Shown here: positions 60,679 to 64,000 of the stretch, piece after piece
Layout: every line of letters begins with the position of its first letter
How positions within the stretch are numbered: position 1 is the stretch's first letter
Origin: an uncultured bacterium
GTDB lineage: Bacteria > Auribacterota > Erginobacteria > Erginobacterales > Erginobacteraceae
Assembly: GCA_963822585.1 (NCBI GenBank)
Contig: CAWGIE010000045.1
Location: 1,791 to 65,790, forward strand
DNA length: 64,000 bases
Direction: 5' to 3'
Program-made: the position numbers and the translations under genes
Notes under the pieces: model-generated
What the model saw: the letters and a program-made list of their open reading frames with translations, nothing else
What the model was told of the DNA's origin: nothing
The model's database searches: none

Positions 60679-63278
60679 ATGAGTAAGCTCACACCCATGA
60701 TGAAGCAGTACCGGGCGCTGAAAGCGTCGGTCAGGGACGCGATCCTTCTCTTCCGGCTCGGTGATTTTTACGAGATGTTCGGCGAAGACGCGAAGATCGC
60801 GGCCCCCATCCTGGAGATCGCCCTCACCGCCCGCCACACCACCCCCATGTGCGGGATACCTCATCATGCCGCCTCCGGTTATATCGCCCGACTGCTCAAA
60901 GCGGGTAAGAAAGTCGCCGTCTGCGAACAGGTGGAAGACCCCCGACAGGCCAAAGGCATCGTCAAGCGCGACATCATCCGGATCATCACCCCGGGCACGG
61001 CGGTCGAGGAGGAACTATTGAAGAGCTCCGCCTCCAATTACCTGGCGGCGGTCCATCAGATGGGCCAGGTCTACGGGTTCGCCTATATCGAGCTCTCCAC
61101 CGGCGAGTTCAAGGCGGCCGAACTGTCATCCCGGGACGCCCTCCGGAACGAACTGGAACGGGTCAGCCCCAGCGAATGCCTGGTCTCGGGCACTCTGGCC
61201 CCCCGGCTGAAGGACCTGCTTTCCTTTCTGCCGGAGACGGTCCTCACCCCTCTCGAGGATTGGTTTTTCGATTACGACCTGGCCTACGCCGCCCTGAAAA
61301 AGCAGTTCGGAACGGCCAGCCTGGACGGATTCGGCTGCCAGCAGATGATACCCGGGATCGGGGCCGCCGGGGCGATCATCGGCTACGTCGGCGAGAATCT
61401 GCGATCATCGCTCTCCCATGTTCATTCCCTCTCCGTCTTTTCCCCGGCCGCGTTCATGGTGATGGACGCCGTCTCCCAGCGCAACCTGGAGATCATCGAG
61501 CCCCTGCGGGGGGGCGACCGTTCCGCCACCCTGATCGGGGTCCTCGATCGGACGGTGACTTCAATGGGGAGCCGGACCCTGCGGACCTGGTTGCTCCAGC
61601 CCCTGCTCGATCCGAAAGAGATCGAGAAAAGGCTTGATGGCGTCGAGGAACTGACGTCCCGCCGGGACGCCCTGGCGGATATCCGCCAGGGCCTGAAAGG
61701 GATCCGGGATATCGGGAGGATCATGGGGCGGGTCGCCTGCGGACGGACCAACGCCCGCGAGCTGGCCGGGCTTCGGGAATCGCTTTCTTCCCTCCCCCCC
61801 TCCGGGAGGCGCTCGGGGTTCTGGAGTCCTCCCTCCCGCGGGCGGCGGCGGCGGATCTCGAGGTCACACCGGAGCTGGGCGCCCTCTTGGAAAAATCCCT
61901 GGTTGATAATCCTCCCCTCGCCCTCAAGGAGGGGGGGATGATCAGGAGCGGTTACCACCCGCCCCTCGATGAACTGCACGCGCTGGCCCGGGACGGGAAA
62001 AACTGGATCAGCCGTTTCCAGGAAGAGGAGATCGCCCGCACCGGGATCAAGTCGCTGAAGGTCCGGCATAACAAGGTCTTCGGATATTACATCGAAGTCA
62101 CCCGCCCGAACCTTCCTCAGGTCCCGGAGAACTACCTGCCCAAGCAGACCCTGGTCAACGCGGAGCGGTTCATAACAGAAGAGCTGAAGAACTATGAGAA
62201 CAAGGTCCTGGGGGCCCAGGAAAAAGCGGCGGCACTGGAATACCGGCTCTTCGAGGAGATCAGGGAGGAGGTGAAAAAAGAAACCACCGCGGTCCAGCGC
62301 TGCGCCCGGGCGGTGGGGGTGATCGACGCGCTCTCCGCTCTGGCGGAGGTTGCCGTCGGCAATCGGTATGTCCGGCCGTCCGTCGATTCCTCCGACCGAC
62401 TGGAGATCGTGAATGGACGGCACCCGGTGATCGAGCGGATACTGGTGGATGAGCGCTTCGTGGGGAACGACACTTTCATGGACGGGGAAGAGAACCAGAT
62501 CGCCATCATTACCGGCCCCAATATGGCGGGCAAATCCACCTATATCCGGCAGGTTGCCCTGATCGTGCTCATGGCCCAGGTGGGAAGCTTCGTCCCCGCC
62601 GACTCGGCCCGGATCGGGGTGGCGGACCGGATATTTACCCGGGTGGGCGCTTCCGACGAACTGGCCCGGGGCCAGTCCACCTTCATGGTGGAGATGATCG
62701 AGACGGCGAATATTCTCCACCACGCGACCCCCCGCAGCCTGGTCGTTCTCGATGAGATCGGCCGGGGTACCAGCACTTTTGACGGAATCAGTATCGCCTG
62801 GGCGGTGGCCGAGTATCTTCACGATCACCCGGCCTCCCGGGCCCGGACCCTCTTCGCTACCCATTATCACGAGCTGACCGAACTGGAGCTGACGCTCCGG
62901 GGAGTGAAAAACTACAACGTGGCGGTGAGGGAATGGAACGACGAAGTGATCTTCCTGAGAAAAGTGCTTCGCGGCGGCACCGACAAGAGCTACGGGATCC
63001 AGGTGGCCCGGCTGGCCGGTCTGCCCCGCGCGGTCATTGAACGGGCCCGGATCATCCTGACCAACCTGGAGGATGAATCTCTCTCCGCTGACGGGCTGCC
63101 GAAGTTCGCCGGCTCCCCCGGGGGCAGGGATCCGGGCGTCGGCCGGCAGCTCTATCTTTTCGAGACGTCGACTCACCCGGTCCTGGCCGAGCTGAAAAAT
63201 ATCAATCTCGACCACCTGACGCCTTTCGAAGCCATGCAGCGCTTGCGGTCGATGAAAGACCGGGTGTTGGAAGATTGA
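60679..63278 (+). pseudogene. mutS: DNA mismatch repair protein MutS with an apparent 1-nt frameshift in C7 at 61794-61800
   Basis: N half TPMMKQY..GDFYE.F; C half ITGPNMAGKST, STFMVEM, DEIGRGT, ATHYHEL, SYGIQVA; adding one C joins the two frames. Confidence 0.93.
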
Positions 63279-63574
63279 GCGCAGAGCGTAAAGAGCATAG
63301 CCACCGGGGGAGCAACGCTATGTTCTATGCCCTATGCGCTATGCTCTTTGCCCTCTGCGTGACGCTTTTATTTAGATGTTACCCTCGATATAATATGGTA
63401 TTATTACTAAGTTAAAGATATTAATGACGTGTTGCTTCGGGATTTTTTCCGAAATCCGTCGGGATAATGATATCTCTGAATAAATGAATCGGGACAATAA
63501 CTGTCAAAATACTAAACAATAGAGTGTCCCCACTACAGCTTGGCGACGAATAGTTTTTTTACTTTAGGCACTTC

Positions 63575-63604
63575 TCCGCCGGAGGCGGATCAGCCTCTGG
63601 CTGA
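63575..63604. mobile_element. 30-bp double-hairpin insertion element (copy 3)
   Basis: TCCGCC-GGA-GGCGGA + TCAGCC-TCT-GGCTGA inside an ACTTTAG(G/A)CACTT tandem repeat. Confidence 0.75.
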
Positions 63605-63670
63605 AAACTTTAGACACTTGAGAACGTTGCCCGAGCGAAGCGATGGCTACGTTCCAGAGGAGCACACCCT

Positions 63671-63892
63671 ATGCGCGTCATGGCGGAATTGACCATGCCC
63701 AAGGATTACAAGGATGAACCCGTCTTCTATGAGATGATCAAGCGGTTTGATGTCGTTCCCACGATCATAGAAGCATCGTTCTCCACCGATATCGGCTGGG
63801 CATACATCAAGCTGGAGGGGGAGGATTCGGAGATCGACCGGCTGGTGGAGTTCCTGAAATCAAAGAACATCATCGTTGATGTCCGGTCATAA
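63671..63892 (+). CDS. Stand-alone NIL domain protein
   Basis: RBS GAGGAG; L..P.....EPV.Y..IK.F.V..TI..A......GW....LEG...EI......L....I.V. Confidence 0.75.
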   Translation: MRVMAELTMPKDYKDEPVFYEMIKRFDVVPTIIEASFSTDIGWAYIKLEGEDSEIDRLVEFLKSKNIIVDVRS

Positions 63893-64000
63893 CCCGTTTC
63901 CTGCCCGTGGCCGATAGGCATGAATCGGGGTGATTATTCTCCCTCGGGCAGAGTTACACCCTCGCTTCTACGGGTAATGCGCTCTATTGTGAGCCGGCCG

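Noticed and set aside
63420-63560. Known riboswitch (SAM-I, fluoride, c-di-GMP) ahead of the NIL gene
   Set aside because: Core consensus motifs could not be matched by eye

Overview
A GC-rich bacterial chromosome segment, almost all on the + strand, made mostly of housekeeping genes: rph, rdgB, radA-ispD-ispF-cysS, tmk-holB-PSP1-metG, an LptD-like gene with nucleotide-sugar genes, a core MetE-like gene next to cooC, udg, priA, dnaK-groES-groEL-comF-rluB-clpB, nagZ/Mur ligase/folC/nagA, miaB and mutS, plus tRNA-Arg(CCG). Gene content suggests a diderm anaerobe, possibly PVC-related (inference only). I found no transposase, integrase, reverse transcriptase or CRISPR. The most unusual signal is non-coding, with nearly every intergenic gap filled by structured repeats. 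(i) A 30-bp double-hairpin unit is inserted cleanly, without target duplication, into a duplicated tRNA T-loop and into other repeats. (ii) A ~210-bp branched palindromic element occurs in 5 co-oriented copies showing covariation, several ending 1-2 nt before a start codon. (iii) At least six fold-back families are built from 7-9-bp tandem units, some supplying stop codons. (iv) There is one 162-bp MITE-like element. Many of the hairpins share a C-GNA-G triloop in either orientation, which points to a DNA-level (ssDNA hairpin) mobilisation system acting in trans. Also notable are a sigma-54-type promoter before dnaK and single-base homopolymer frameshifts in mutS and an epimerase (possibly sequencing errors). 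All family assignments come from motif recognition by eye; no searches were run.
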